A stretch of 64,000 nt of DNA from Chloroflexota bacterium. Its GTDB lineage: Bacteria > Chloroflexota > UBA11872 > VXOZ01. Of this stretch, positions 30,057 to 39,517 are shown one piece after another. Each line of letters opens with the position of its first letter. Position 1 is the stretch's first letter. The translations under genes were made by a program, and so were the position numbers. The notes under the pieces are model-generated. The model searched no databases, had not been told where the DNA came from, and saw only the letters and a program-made list of their open reading frames with translations. The stretch lies in assembly GCA_963662335.2 (NCBI GenBank), contig CAXXVD010000002.1:768001-832000 (forward strand). The letters run 5' to 3'.

Positions 30057-31297
30057 GCGGTGGCGCTCGCTAGCGTGTTTTCCAGCAATGCCCGGGCCTC
30101 CTCGATGGCGGCGGCCGGCGCGATAAACTGCATGCATGGGTGGCGCGGCAAATCCGCCTCCGGCAGCGCCAGGTACCCGCAGTGGCGGCACGGGATCGAA
30201 GAGACTACCGTGCGGTGCCGCGCGGCAGGCCCCCACGGCCCAAAACGCGCGGGATCGCTGGCGCCGTAGAGTGTAACGCTGGGCGTGCCCACCGCCACCG
30301 CCAGGTGCAGCGGGCCGGAATCGGGTCCCATCACCAGCGCGCAGCGGGCGTAGAGCGCCGCCAACACGCCGAGAGTGGTATCACCGGCCAGGCGGGTGCG
30401 CGCCTGCGGCAGGCCGGCGGCGACTTCCTGCGCGAGTTGCTGTTCGGCAGGCCCGGCGGTTACGAGAAAGTACACGTGCTCACTCTGTGCTAAGGCTTTG
30501 CCTACCGTGTGCCAGCCGGCGGCGGGCCAGTTCTTGATCGGCGCGCCGGAGCCGGGGTGAATGGCGACGAGCGCGCTTTCGGCGGGTATGCCAATGTTCT
30601 GAAGCAGCGCTTCGGCCTGGGCCTCCTCATCGCGGGTGTAGTCGAAGCGCAGGCGCGTGCTTACGTCCTCGACCTCCACGCCAACCGCCGCCGCGGCCCG
30701 CGCCAAGCGCAGGTTGCTCGCCGCCTGATGCTCGCCGCGCCGCTCCGGCAGCGCGTGGCTCAGGAACGGCGCGCATTCCGGTACGTCAAATCCCCAAACG
30801 TACGGAATCCCGCCGAAGGCTGCCAGCGCCGCGCCCCACCAGAAGTCGGGACGCAGGTTCAGGGCAAGCTGATACTCTTCACCGCGCAGCCGCGCCGCTT
30901 CCCGCCACAACTGCCGGTAGGCCCGCGCGCCCGCTTGCGGCTGATTACGCTCGAAACCGGGAAAGCGGCAGGTCTCAATGCGGTCTATATACGGATTGTG
31001 CGCCAGCGCCGCCGCCGACCACGGCCCGACCAGCGCAGTTATTTCACTCTCCGGAAAGGCCTGGCGCAAGAGCCGCAGCGCGGGCGTGATGAGCAGCACG
31101 TCGCCTATGTGGTCGGGGCGAATAACCAGAATGCGGTCAACGTGGGGCGTAGGAAACCGGTACGGCCGCAGGAAGCCCAGCGCTCGCAAGAGCGCGCGCC
31201 GCGCTAACCGCCTGGCGGCAGACTGGCGAGGCAACAGCGTGCTAGGCAACGGATGAGGAACGGCGCGCGGCGCTTCCGAACGGTCTTCCCTAGCCAT
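30053..31297 (-). CDS. Glycosyltransferase family 9 (heptosyltransferase-like)
   Basis: 'ILVIRPDHIGDVL', 'IHPGSG..KNWP', 'GPDSGPLHLA', 'CRHC'. Confidence 0.9.
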   Translation of the reverse strand: MAREDRSEAPRAVPHPLPSTLLPRQSAARRLARRALLRALGFLRPYRFPTPHVDRILVIRPDHIGDVLLITPALRLLRQAFPESEITALVGPWSAAALAHNPYIDRIETCRFPGFERNQPQAGARAYRQLWREAARLRGEEYQLALNLRPDFWWGAALAAFGGIPYVWGFDVPECAPFLSHALPERRGEHQAASNLRLARAAAAVGVEVEDVSTRLRFDYTRDEEAQAEALLQNIGIPAESALVAIHPGSGAPIKNWPAAGWHTVGKALAQSEHVYFLVTAGPAEQQLAQEVAAGLPQARTRLAGDTTLGVLAALYARCALVMGPDSGPLHLAVAVGTPSVTLYGASDPARFGPWGPAARHRTVVSSIPCRHCGYLALPEADLPRHPCMQFIAPAAAIEEARALLENTLASATA

Positions 31298-31310
31298 GAC
31301 TTAGCCTCTG

Positions 31311-31943
31311 TCACAGCGCCTGCAGGAATCTTTTCAGCGGATCATAGACCGGCGATTCTAGGCACCAGTGCCCGGCTTCAGTTGCTTCTCCAACGCGTAG
31401 CTCAGGTTTAGATCGGGAAGCCAAGAAGGCATACGCCCGTGCCTTGTCAGAAATGCAATGTGACACTCCTGCGGTCTCTTTTAAGCATTGCACGTATTGC
31501 TTCACACACTGTATGGCAGGATCACACGCTACTGCCGAAAGACAAAGCGTCTCGAGTGTCCCTGGACTCGCGCAGTCCGGCAGGACATAGACCCCAACTC
31601 GCGGCCTGCCCTGCGTCACAACCATTGGAGCATTCGGTGCGCCCAAGCCAGCATTCTTAAGCAAGCCGCGTACCGACTGAAATGCCTGTGATGAAGATTT
31701 GTCCGCGTCGCGCGTAACCCCAATTGATTCTAAAGTAGGGTACTCCGGCCTGACAGGCAACGCACGCAAAACTCTCTTGAGGTTGCCTATTCCCTTGAAA
31801 TTGGCGACTTGAACGGGATCTGAAGTGTCCAACTCATCAAGGAGAAATCGAAAGAATCGATACTCACTCTCTCCTTCCACCAAAAGCAACTTTGGCAGTA
31901 CGATTTCGATATGGTCTTCGCTACCTTGTACGGACATTGCCAC
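31311..31943 (-). CDS. DUF3226 / TOPRIM-like protein
   Basis: 'LLVEGESE', 'RDAD' (DxD), 'GTLETLCL', 'KARAYAFLA'; coupled to the upstream ATPase; more AT-rich than the host. Confidence 0.75.
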   Translation of the reverse strand: MAMSVQGSEDHIEIVLPKLLLVEGESEYRFFRFLLDELDTSDPVQVANFKGIGNLKRVLRALPVRPEYPTLESIGVTRDADKSSSQAFQSVRGLLKNAGLGAPNAPMVVTQGRPRVGVYVLPDCASPGTLETLCLSAVACDPAIQCVKQYVQCLKETAGVSHCISDKARAYAFLASRSKPELRVGEATEAGHWCLESPVYDPLKRFLQAL

Positions 31944-33046
31944 TAGCGCACCTCGAAGTTGAATTCTATGGAAGTTTCCAGTTGCTCTTGGTCGTATGTT
32001 ATCGCGACAATCTCTCCGTCCCGCTGTTCCAGACGGTGCAGGCGGAAGTCGTCATCATCGCCATCCGCAAAGGCCCTTTGGGCCGCTTTCACACATTCCC
32101 AACTATGTGTGGTGGCGATCACCTGGACATTCGACTCCCGCGCCGCGACATCGACCGCCTTCCATACGTCCACGAGCGCCGAGTAGTGCAGTCCGTTCTC
32201 GATCTCGTCGATGAGCACGGTACCGGTCTCATTCGTCATGATCACCAACAGCCATGAGAGGACGCGGGCAATTCCCTCTCCCATGTGTAGAAGTGGCATG
32301 AGAGGGACGGTACCGACATCGGCGTGAAAAATCGGCATGTTCGTACGATAGAGCAAGTCTAGACGCTGAATGCGGGGGTCCAGCGCCTGCAAGGCAGGCA
32401 GTACATCTGCATCTCGACCTGTTTCAACCAAAGCGCTGTACTGTTCAGCGTAGGCCTCTGGGAACCGCGGGTAATTCAAGATGAGAATTGCGGGCACGTA
32501 CGGGTTGACATTCGACGACGAAAACTTGATTTCAAATGGGTCACCAGTCGTTGAGGAGGATTTTGTCTCAGAGGGAGTCAATCGCGCAGAAGACGTGAAG
32601 ACTTGCCCCTGGCTGTCCTCGTAGTCGAGAACCAACTCATTGGGGGAAACAACGCCCGCGCCAATCTGTAGTTCAGACTTGAGCGCGCCATTCGCTTCGG
32701 TCGGGAAAAGGGACCGCTCTTCTGGCTGTGCGAGTCTAACCTGCAACGCGCCTTTCCCTGCCCGGTCGTGAACACTCATGAGTTCAATAACTGCGTCCGA
32801 CTGCTTGGCGTAGAAGAGCCAGTCAAGCTCTCTCCAGTGGGCCGCACTGCTGTTTCCAACCCCACGGAGAAGGTTTGCGGTGAAAATTCTTTCCGGTGTG
32901 CTTGGGGCACTATGGGCATTGAGTGCCTCAAGTAGGGCCGTCTTGCCTACATTGTTCTTGCCCGCTATGAGATTTACTCTTGCCAGCGGTTGGATTTCAA
33001 AGTCTTGGAAGCAGCGGAAATTCCTCGCTGCGAATTTGCGGAACAT
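31943..33046 (-). CDS. AAA_15/AAA_21 ABC-type ATPase
   Basis: 'NFRCF', 'GKNNVGKT', 'MGEG' signature, 'LIDEIENGLH', 'ATTHS'; true start at ATG 33046. Confidence 0.88.
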   Translation of the reverse strand: MFRKFAARNFRCFQDFEIQPLARVNLIAGKNNVGKTALLEALNAHSAPSTPERIFTANLLRGVGNSSAAHWRELDWLFYAKQSDAVIELMSVHDRAGKGALQVRLAQPEERSLFPTEANGALKSELQIGAGVVSPNELVLDYEDSQGQVFTSSARLTPSETKSSSTTGDPFEIKFSSSNVNPYVPAILILNYPRFPEAYAEQYSALVETGRDADVLPALQALDPRIQRLDLLYRTNMPIFHADVGTVPLMPLLHMGEGIARVLSWLLVIMTNETGTVLIDEIENGLHYSALVDVWKAVDVAARESNVQVIATTHSWECVKAAQRAFADGDDDDFRLHRLEQRDGEIVAITYDQEQLETSIEFNFEVR

Positions 33047-33080
33047 CACGTCTCCTCCAGATCGGACGCGATTGCTTCGT

Positions 33081-33674
33081 TTATTCCAATGAGCCCTTGC
33101 TGCTCGGCACGCCCTGTTGTCGGCGGGGATCGGGTTGCACCGCCTGTGCCAGGGCGCGGGCGAGGGCTTTGAAGGCCGCCTCGGCCTTGTGGTGGTCGTT
33201 TGCGCCGGCCAGCAGGCGGACGTGGAGCGTGAAATGTCCCTGCACGGCGAAGGTCTCCAGGAAGTGGCTGAGCATCTCGCTTTGCAGCGCGCCCAGCTTA
33301 TAGCCGGTGAGCGGCAGGTCGATCGTCGCGCCGCCGCGGCCGCTGAGGTCAACGGCAACCTGCGCCAGGGCTTCGTCCAGGGGCACGAGCGCCCAGCCCA
33401 TGCGTGTGATGCCGGCTTTGTCGCCCAAAGCCGCGTCCAGCGCGCGTCCCAGGCAGATGGCCACGTCTTCCACGGTGTGGTGGGAGTCCACTTCCAGGTC
33501 GCCAGTGGCGCGCACCGCCAAATCGAAGAGGCCGTGCGTGCTGAGTTGACTCAGCATGTGGTCGAACATGCCGATGCCGGTGGCGATCTCCGCCTGGCCG
33601 CTGCCGTCGAGCGTCAGCGTAACGGCCACGTCGGTCTCGCGGGTGCGGCGGGCGTGTTGTCCGGTGCGTTTCAT
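33081..33674 (-). CDS. hisB: Imidazoleglycerol-phosphate dehydratase
   Basis: 'RRTRETDV', 'FDHML', 'HHTVED', 'PLDEAL', 'NDHHKAEA.FKA', 'PSSKG'. Confidence 0.97.
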   Translation of the reverse strand: MKRTGQHARRTRETDVAVTLTLDGSGQAEIATGIGMFDHMLSQLSTHGLFDLAVRATGDLEVDSHHTVEDVAICLGRALDAALGDKAGITRMGWALVPLDEALAQVAVDLSGRGGATIDLPLTGYKLGALQSEMLSHFLETFAVQGHFTLHVRLLAGANDHHKAEAAFKALARALAQAVQPDPRRQQGVPSSKGSLE

Positions 33675-33748
33675 TTGCAGTCTATTTCAATACGACTCTC
33701 TGGGTGGTTCCCACGCGGCGTGTTATGAGCGGGCGCGGCGGCAAGAAG

Positions 33749-34011
33749 TGTCATTCCGAGCGCAGCGAGGAATCTAGGATTCGCGCCCACGAAACCGCTG
33801 CCTCTCCGCAGACATCCTAGACCCCTCACTCCGTTCGGGGTGACAACCAACATCGTCATTCCGGGTGACAACCAACATCGTCATTCCGGGTGACAATCGA
33901 CATCGTCTTTCCGATCGTTGTCGGTCACTCTCGTCGTTTACTGTCATTCCGGCGCAAGCCGGAATCCAGGGCGCACACGCGGAAGATGGATTCCGGCTTG
34001 CGCCGGAATGA
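33749..34011. repeat. Mosaic repeat cluster: family-B inverted pair, 3 x 25-bp tandem, family-C inverted pair
   Basis: tgtcattccgagcgcagcgaggaatct (33749); (ccgggtgacaaccaacatcgtcatt)n at about 33835-33912; gtcattccggcgcaagccggaatcca (33943) with its inverse at about 33987-34011. Confidence 0.85.
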
Positions 34012-34072
34012 CGGACGATGCGCCACGTATTCTGGATGGCAATTGCGAACCTAATGCCGCGTCTCCCTAGCC

Positions 34073-34540
34073 CTAGCCCAGGTCGAACTGAAACACCAGG
34101 TCATCCCGTTCCTTGAAGTCGTAGCCGTCGGTGTACTTGCTCACCTGATCGCCCTGGATGTTGATGTAGTCAATCGGCTCGGACACGGCGAACGGCGCCA
34201 CGTGCCAGGTGCCCACGTGCATCCGGATGGCGCAATCGCCGGGAAAGTGGAAGAGCGCGACCGTGGCGGGATCGAACGAATCCGGCGTTTCGCTGGGCGG
34301 CCCCACGAAGAAGAGGCCGTCCTTGCCGCCCAGCGGCACGAAAACCTGGGTCTCCTCCATGTGGCGGTTCAGGAAGTGCGGCTGCTCCGCCGCCAGATCG
34401 CGCAGCGGCGCGTGGGTGATGCGCGCCGTAAGCGCGCCGTCGGTGCAGACGATTTCGGAGCGGTCGGCGTCGAGGATGTTGCCGAAGGGCGCAAAGCTCT
34501 CCGGCGTAAGCGGCTGGGGCTTGAGGGTGATGACACGCAT
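34073..34540 (-). CDS. Ureidoglycolate lyase (AllA)-like cupin protein
   Basis: 'QPLTPESFAPFG', 'NRH..TQVFVPL', 'GTWH.AP'. Confidence 0.75.
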   Translation of the reverse strand: MRVITLKPQPLTPESFAPFGNILDADRSEIVCTDGALTARITHAPLRDLAAEQPHFLNRHMEETQVFVPLGGKDGLFFVGPPSETPDSFDPATVALFHFPGDCAIRMHVGTWHVAPFAVSEPIDYINIQGDQVSKYTDGYDFKERDDLVFQFDLG

Positions 34541-34719
34541 GGCAGACCTCGTTTCTCTTGGTTGGCGGTTCTGGCGGTTCGCTTCTATGATACGAATTTC
34601 ATGGGTTCAGCCACAAGTAGGGGCGCGACACGTCGTGCCTTTGTCCATGCCGCCCGTGTAGGGGCACGACATGTCGTGCCCCTACACGGGCGTGGCTGAT
34701 TTGCGTGGGGGCCGGGGGC

Positions 34720-36051
34720 TTAGGTCCGGCGCGCCCGCCGGCGCGCGGCGCGGGCGTGGGCGGTAAACCCTTCCGCCTCGGCCAAACGCGCGGCCGGTTC
34801 CGCAATTTCGGCGGCGGTCTGCGGATCCAGCGCCACGATGCTGGTGCTCTTGTAGAACTCCTGCACGGTGAGCGGAGACGAAAAGCGCGCCGTGCCGCCC
34901 ACGGGCATGACGTGGCTCGGCCCGGCGATATAGTCGCCCAGCACCTCCGGCGAGGCGCTGCCCACGAAGACGCCGCCGGCGTTGCGCACCTTGCCCACCC
35001 ATTGCCACGGCTCGCGGGTGAGCAGGCAGAGATGCTCCGGCGCGTACTCGCTCGCTGCATTGACGGCCGTTTCCAGAGTGTCTACCACCACGATGCCGCC
35101 GTTGTGCCGCAGCGAATAGGCGGCTTCCTCTGGGCGCGGCAGGGCCGCCAGTTGCGCGGCCAGTTCTTGTTCTACTCGCGCGGCCAGGTCGGCGCTGTCC
35201 GTGATGAGGAGCGGCGTCGCCAGCAGGTCGTGCTCGGCCTGGGCGAGCAGATCGGCCGCCACCTCCGCCGGCTCGGCCGCGGCGTCGGCAATGATGAGCG
35301 TTTCCGTTGGGCCGGGCAACTGGTCGATGCCCACCTGGCCGTAGACCTTCTGCTTGGCGAGAATCACGAAGAGATTGCCCGGGCCAAGAATCTTGTCCAC
35401 CTTCGGCACTGGCCCGGCGCCGTACGCCAGCGCGGCGATGGCCTGTGCGCCGCTGATTCTGAAGACCCGGTGCGCGCCGGCCACCGCCGCCGCCGCCAGT
35501 TTGAGCGGATGCACGCTGCCGTCGGCGCGGCAGGGCGTGGCCAGGACGATCTCTTCCACACCTGCCACCCGCGCCGGCACGACCGACATGAGCACCGACG
35601 AGGGATAGACCCGCTCCGTGCCCGGCGAGTAGATGCCGACGCGCTGCAGGGGCCGCACCATCTCGCCGAGGCCGGTCTCAAAATCCAGCCACGAGTTGCG
35701 CCGCTGTTTTTCATGATACGCGCTGATGCGCGCCGCCGCCTGCTCCAGCACGCCCAGCAGCGCGGGGTCGATGCGATCGCGGGCCGCGGCAATCTCCGCA
35801 GCGGGAACCTCCAGCGGCTCCGGCGCGGCGCTGTCGAAGTGCCGCATGTAGCGCAGGAGCGCGGCGTCGCCTTCCGCCCGCACGTCGGCCAGGATGCGGT
35901 CCACCACCGCGCCGGGGGGCAGGTCTTTCCCAAAGACGTCGCGGATGCGCGCCGCCACCGGCGCGGGCAACGCTTCGTCCCCCAGCGGCGTGCGCTTGAG
36001 CACCGTGCGGCGGGCTTCTGCAAGATCGGTGATGATGCGGGTTACCGGCAT
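34720..36051 (-). CDS. hisD: Histidinol dehydrogenase
   Basis: 'GAQAIAALAYG', 'GPGN', 'ID..GPTE', 'QAEHD', 'APEHL', 'GDY.AGPSHV.P'. Confidence 0.96.
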   Translation of the reverse strand: MPVTRIITDLAEARRTVLKRTPLGDEALPAPVAARIRDVFGKDLPPGAVVDRILADVRAEGDAALLRYMRHFDSAAPEPLEVPAAEIAAARDRIDPALLGVLEQAAARISAYHEKQRRNSWLDFETGLGEMVRPLQRVGIYSPGTERVYPSSVLMSVVPARVAGVEEIVLATPCRADGSVHPLKLAAAAVAGAHRVFRISGAQAIAALAYGAGPVPKVDKILGPGNLFVILAKQKVYGQVGIDQLPGPTETLIIADAAAEPAEVAADLLAQAEHDLLATPLLITDSADLAARVEQELAAQLAALPRPEEAAYSLRHNGGIVVVDTLETAVNAASEYAPEHLCLLTREPWQWVGKVRNAGGVFVGSASPEVLGDYIAGPSHVMPVGGTARFSSPLTVQEFYKSTSIVALDPQTAAEIAEPAARLAEAEGFTAHARAARRRARRT

Positions 36052-36293
36052 ATTGATTGTCTCGCTAGAGATTATGTTTCCGCTTGAAGATTCCGGTAGC
36101 GCAGGTTTGCAACCTGCGTGACTGCGGCGCACACCCGCTCTCCTGACGGGCAACCGCCGGAGGCAACGCCCCGCGCCGCCCAGCCCGGCGGGGGACAAGC
36201 CCCCGCCCTACACGGAATTGGCGTTTGCCGTAGCGCGGGGGCTTGTCCCCCGCCTCTTAACGCCAATAACGAATACCCTACCGGCCGCGCCAC

Positions 36294-37073
36294 TTACACC
36301 ACGTACGCCGCCACCCGTTTCAGATACCGCCGCGCGCTGGCAGCCTCCGGCGGCGCGGTTGCCAGCATCTCCCGCGCGGCGCGCGCGGCGTCGTAGGGCA
36401 CGGCGCGGAACTCCACGTGCCACGCGCCGCGCTCGTGGGTCAACACCGCGTAGCGGGCGCGCGGGTCGTGCTTGCGCTCGTAGGTATGGCCCACCGCGCC
36501 GGGATTGACCACCAGGCTTTCATTATAGCGGCGTTCCACGCGCCGGTGGGTGTGGGCGCAGAGCACCAGGTTGGCCGTCACGCCCTGCAGCATGGCGTGG
36601 AATTCTTCGTCCGAGGTGCGCGGTTGGTCCGGCCCCAGCGTTCTGGCGTCCGGCGCGGGATAGAGCGACCGCGTGAGATGGCCGGGCGCACCGTGACAGA
36701 GCAAGGTATCTTCCTTCCCCACCAGAGATAAGAAACGTTCATTAGGCAGGTCGCGAAACCGCGCCACCCGCGCCGCGCCCAGTTCCGCGAACGCCTGCCG
36801 CTCGACGAACGACTTGCCGGCGCCGGCATCGTACCGCGACAATTCCGCGCACTCGTCGCCCAGCAGCCGCTGCAAACCGCGCTCCATGTTGCCGGCAATC
36901 CCCACGTGCGGCAGGCCGTCCAGCGCGTCCAACACCGCCCGGTTGTGCGGGAACTTCACCACGCTGTCGCCCAATACCGCCACCATGTCCGGCGCTTGGC
37001 GCTTGAGATCCGCCAATACCGCTTCCAGGGCGTAGATGTTGCCGTGAATGTCGGCGAGAGCCGCGAGGCGCAT
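36294..37073 (-). CDS. Metallophosphoesterase (copy 1)
   Basis: 'ADIHGN', 'LGD', 'GNME', 'CHG', 'AHTH', 'VNPGAVG'. Confidence 0.88.
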   Translation of the reverse strand: MRLAALADIHGNIYALEAVLADLKRQAPDMVAVLGDSVVKFPHNRAVLDALDGLPHVGIAGNMERGLQRLLGDECAELSRYDAGAGKSFVERQAFAELGAARVARFRDLPNERFLSLVGKEDTLLCHGAPGHLTRSLYPAPDARTLGPDQPRTSDEEFHAMLQGVTANLVLCAHTHRRVERRYNESLVVNPGAVGHTYERKHDPRARYAVLTHERGAWHVEFRAVPYDAARAAREMLATAPPEAASARRYLKRVAAYVV

Positions 37074-37307
37074 AGATGTATTCTCGCAGGACTGCTTGCG
37101 AAGCGAAGAGTAGACGCTTCCCTGCCGTCATATGGGCAGGAGGCGCGGTGGCGCAAATGCCGGAAACAGAGCCGGGGGAACGTCCCTCGTTCAGTATCCG
37201 AGATTCCTCGCTACGCTCGGAATGACATTATTGAGCGGCATGCGTAGCGCGGGGGCTTGTCCCCCGCCTCTTAGCGCCGGAAGAAACCATCAAACCTGGC
37301 CGCGACC

Positions 37308-38087
37308 CTAGACCACGTACGCCGCGATGCGTTCCAGGTAGCGGCGCGCGCTGCCGGCTTCCGGCGGCACGGCGGCCAGCATCTCCCGCACGGCGCTGAC
37401 GCCGTCATACGGCGCCATGCGGAATTCAACGTCCCAGTCGTTATCCCGATAGGTCAGCAGCGCGTAGCACGCCCGCGGATCATGTTTGCGTTCGTAGGTG
37501 TGGCCCACCGCGCCGGGGTTGACCACCAGTATTCCATTATAGCGGCGTTCGACCCGCCGGTGGCTGTGAGCGCAGAGGACGAGGCGCGCGGACACGCCTT
37601 GCAGCTTGGCGTGGAGTTCGCCAGCCGTCGTGCTCGGCTGGTCCGGCCCCGGCGGCGTGGCGTCGGGCGCGGGATAGATCGACTTCGTGAGACTACCGGG
37701 GGAACCGTGACAGAGCAGCGTATCCTCGCTCTCAAGGAGGGACAGAGACCGCTCGGTAGGCAGGTCGCGAAACTGCGCCACACGCTCCACACCGATCTGC
37801 GCAATGGCCTGCCGCTTGAGAAACAGCACCCCCTTGCCGGTGTCGTACTGCGAAAGGTCGGGGATTTCGTCGCCGAGTTGCCTCTGCAAACCCCGCTCCA
37901 TGTTGCCCGCAATGCCCTCATGGGGAATGTCGTCCAATGCGTCCAGCACGGTGCGGTTGTGCGGGAATTTTATGACGCTATCACCCAACACCACGACCAT
38001 ATCGGGCACTTGCAGCCGGAGGTCCGCCAGGACTGCTTCCAGGGCGTAGATGTTGCCGTGAATGTCGGCGAGGACGGCGAGACGCAT
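37308..38087 (-). CDS. Metallophosphoesterase (copy 2, tandem paralog)
   Basis: Same motifs and same 259-aa length as the adjacent copy. Confidence 0.88.
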   Translation of the reverse strand: MRLAVLADIHGNIYALEAVLADLRLQVPDMVVVLGDSVIKFPHNRTVLDALDDIPHEGIAGNMERGLQRQLGDEIPDLSQYDTGKGVLFLKRQAIAQIGVERVAQFRDLPTERSLSLLESEDTLLCHGSPGSLTKSIYPAPDATPPGPDQPSTTAGELHAKLQGVSARLVLCAHSHRRVERRYNGILVVNPGAVGHTYERKHDPRACYALLTYRDNDWDVEFRMAPYDGVSAVREMLAAVPPEAGSARRYLERIAAYVV

Positions 38088-38270
38088 GGCTGTGTTCCGG
38101 TAGGACACCTTTGTGTAGTTCTGTCGAGATAGAAAGGCTGGGGGAAGCTATGGCAAACGTGACAAGCCAATTGGGGACTGCAACTGAATCAAACCGGCGT
38201 CTCCAGCCGCTGGATACAATTCTTCAGGCAGTGCAGGCACTGTGTTGCAGTCAGAAAGGGTCGTTCACCC

Positions 38271-39227
38271 TCATTTGAACCGCAGCTCGAATTTTGCCGG
38301 GTTCTCGCCTACGTGGGCAATAACAGTGCGAGTGTTCTTGATGTGCGCGACAACGCTGAAGTTTGTCTCCATGTACATAGAATCTATCTGACGGGGCGAA
38401 ATAAACGCCTTGCCACTTTCATGAACCGGTTTGCTTGACACAAGATACAGTTTGCTCTTTCCGCCTCTTCGAATAGGACAATGGCTTGGAAGCAAAGAGT
38501 CATTCTTGGCGAGCCACTGCGTAATCCTTACCGCGACATCTTTCCAGTGACGCACAGCCTGACGAGACTTGTCCGGGAACCGGATATCAGTTGGCGGAGG
38601 ATCATGCTTTCTTACCTCTAGCTCCGAAAGGGGACGCCATTCAAGCTCGTCTGGAGGAGGTACCGGAGCCGGCTGAGGTGCAGGAGACGGCGCGGGTTTC
38701 GGTTGGATGAGAGGAGCGTGACCGGGAACGACTTCACCATCCGCTAGACTTGGCCGCCAGAGAGCCAACGCCACTAGGCAAACGTCTGCCGCTGACTGTG
38801 CGATCAAATCAAATTCGGCCACCAACTTTTCATCGATGGCTCCTTGGCGGTTAGTCTCATAGATATCCCAACGACCCCCATCCGTCAAGGCGAAGTGCCC
38901 TGTTCCCTCCATGAGACAGTAGAGCAATGCTTGAGCCCGAGAGTCCTTGGGCGCATCATCCCTTAGCGGTGAGCCCAGTTTCTTTGCTTCAATCATCATT
39001 GCCGGTCTTCCGTCGCATCCAAGGAGCGCATAGTCAGCCCGGCCTTTGCCCGATTCATACTCGGGTAAGACTAGGGCCGGGTTGGCCGTGTCCCAGCCGA
39101 GTTCGCGCAAGAGCGGGTTGATCAGGGCATATCGGGTGAGGGCCTCGCTGGCTCGCAGCGCGTCGTTGTGCGTCGCGATGCGCTCTTTGAGCGATTCGAT
39201 CAGGGTATGCAGGCTCTCCAGGGGCAT
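38271..39227 (-). CDS. HsdR_N-type PD-(D/E)xK nuclease with Pro-rich linker and putative SeqA-C-like DNA-binding domain
   Basis: 'EALTR..LINPLL..LGW', 'PEY...RADYAL', 'IEAKK', 'QAL.Y', 'LTDG..W'; PKPAPSPAPQP linker; distinct C-terminal domain. Confidence 0.75.
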   Translation of the reverse strand: MPLESLHTLIESLKERIATHNDALRASEALTRYALINPLLRELGWDTANPALVLPEYESGKGRADYALLGCDGRPAMMIEAKKLGSPLRDDAPKDSRAQALLYCLMEGTGHFALTDGGRWDIYETNRQGAIDEKLVAEFDLIAQSAADVCLVALALWRPSLADGEVVPGHAPLIQPKPAPSPAPQPAPVPPPDELEWRPLSELEVRKHDPPPTDIRFPDKSRQAVRHWKDVAVRITQWLAKNDSLLPSHCPIRRGGKSKLYLVSSKPVHESGKAFISPRQIDSMYMETNFSVVAHIKNTRTVIAHVGENPAKFELRFK

Positions 39228-39517
39228 AGTGAGGGACTTCCCATTTAGACCATTTGTCGGCCAACCCGTCTCTAACATGTAAGCAGCTAGGCTCTCTACT
39301 TGCAAGTAGGCCTAGGTTCGACGATCTTGCCGCTCAGTTGGTGGTGGGGATCTATTCCTTGAATGTGCCCCGATGCCGTGCTAGAGTGACAACACCGAGG
39401 GCGGCTGCCGCGCCGGGCGGACGCAGGTTACAAACCTGCGCTACCAGATGGGCCGTGCGCGGTTCTTGCTATCTTGCCGCTCTTGCCCGCCTGGTCTACC
39501 GGAGGAGCACCGTTTTC

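Noticed and set aside
33047-33358. N-terminal extension of the AAA ATPase overlapping hisB (possible fusion or frameshift)
   Set aside because: A good RBS and ATG at 33046 give a normal-length protein; the extension is an off-frame read of hisB.
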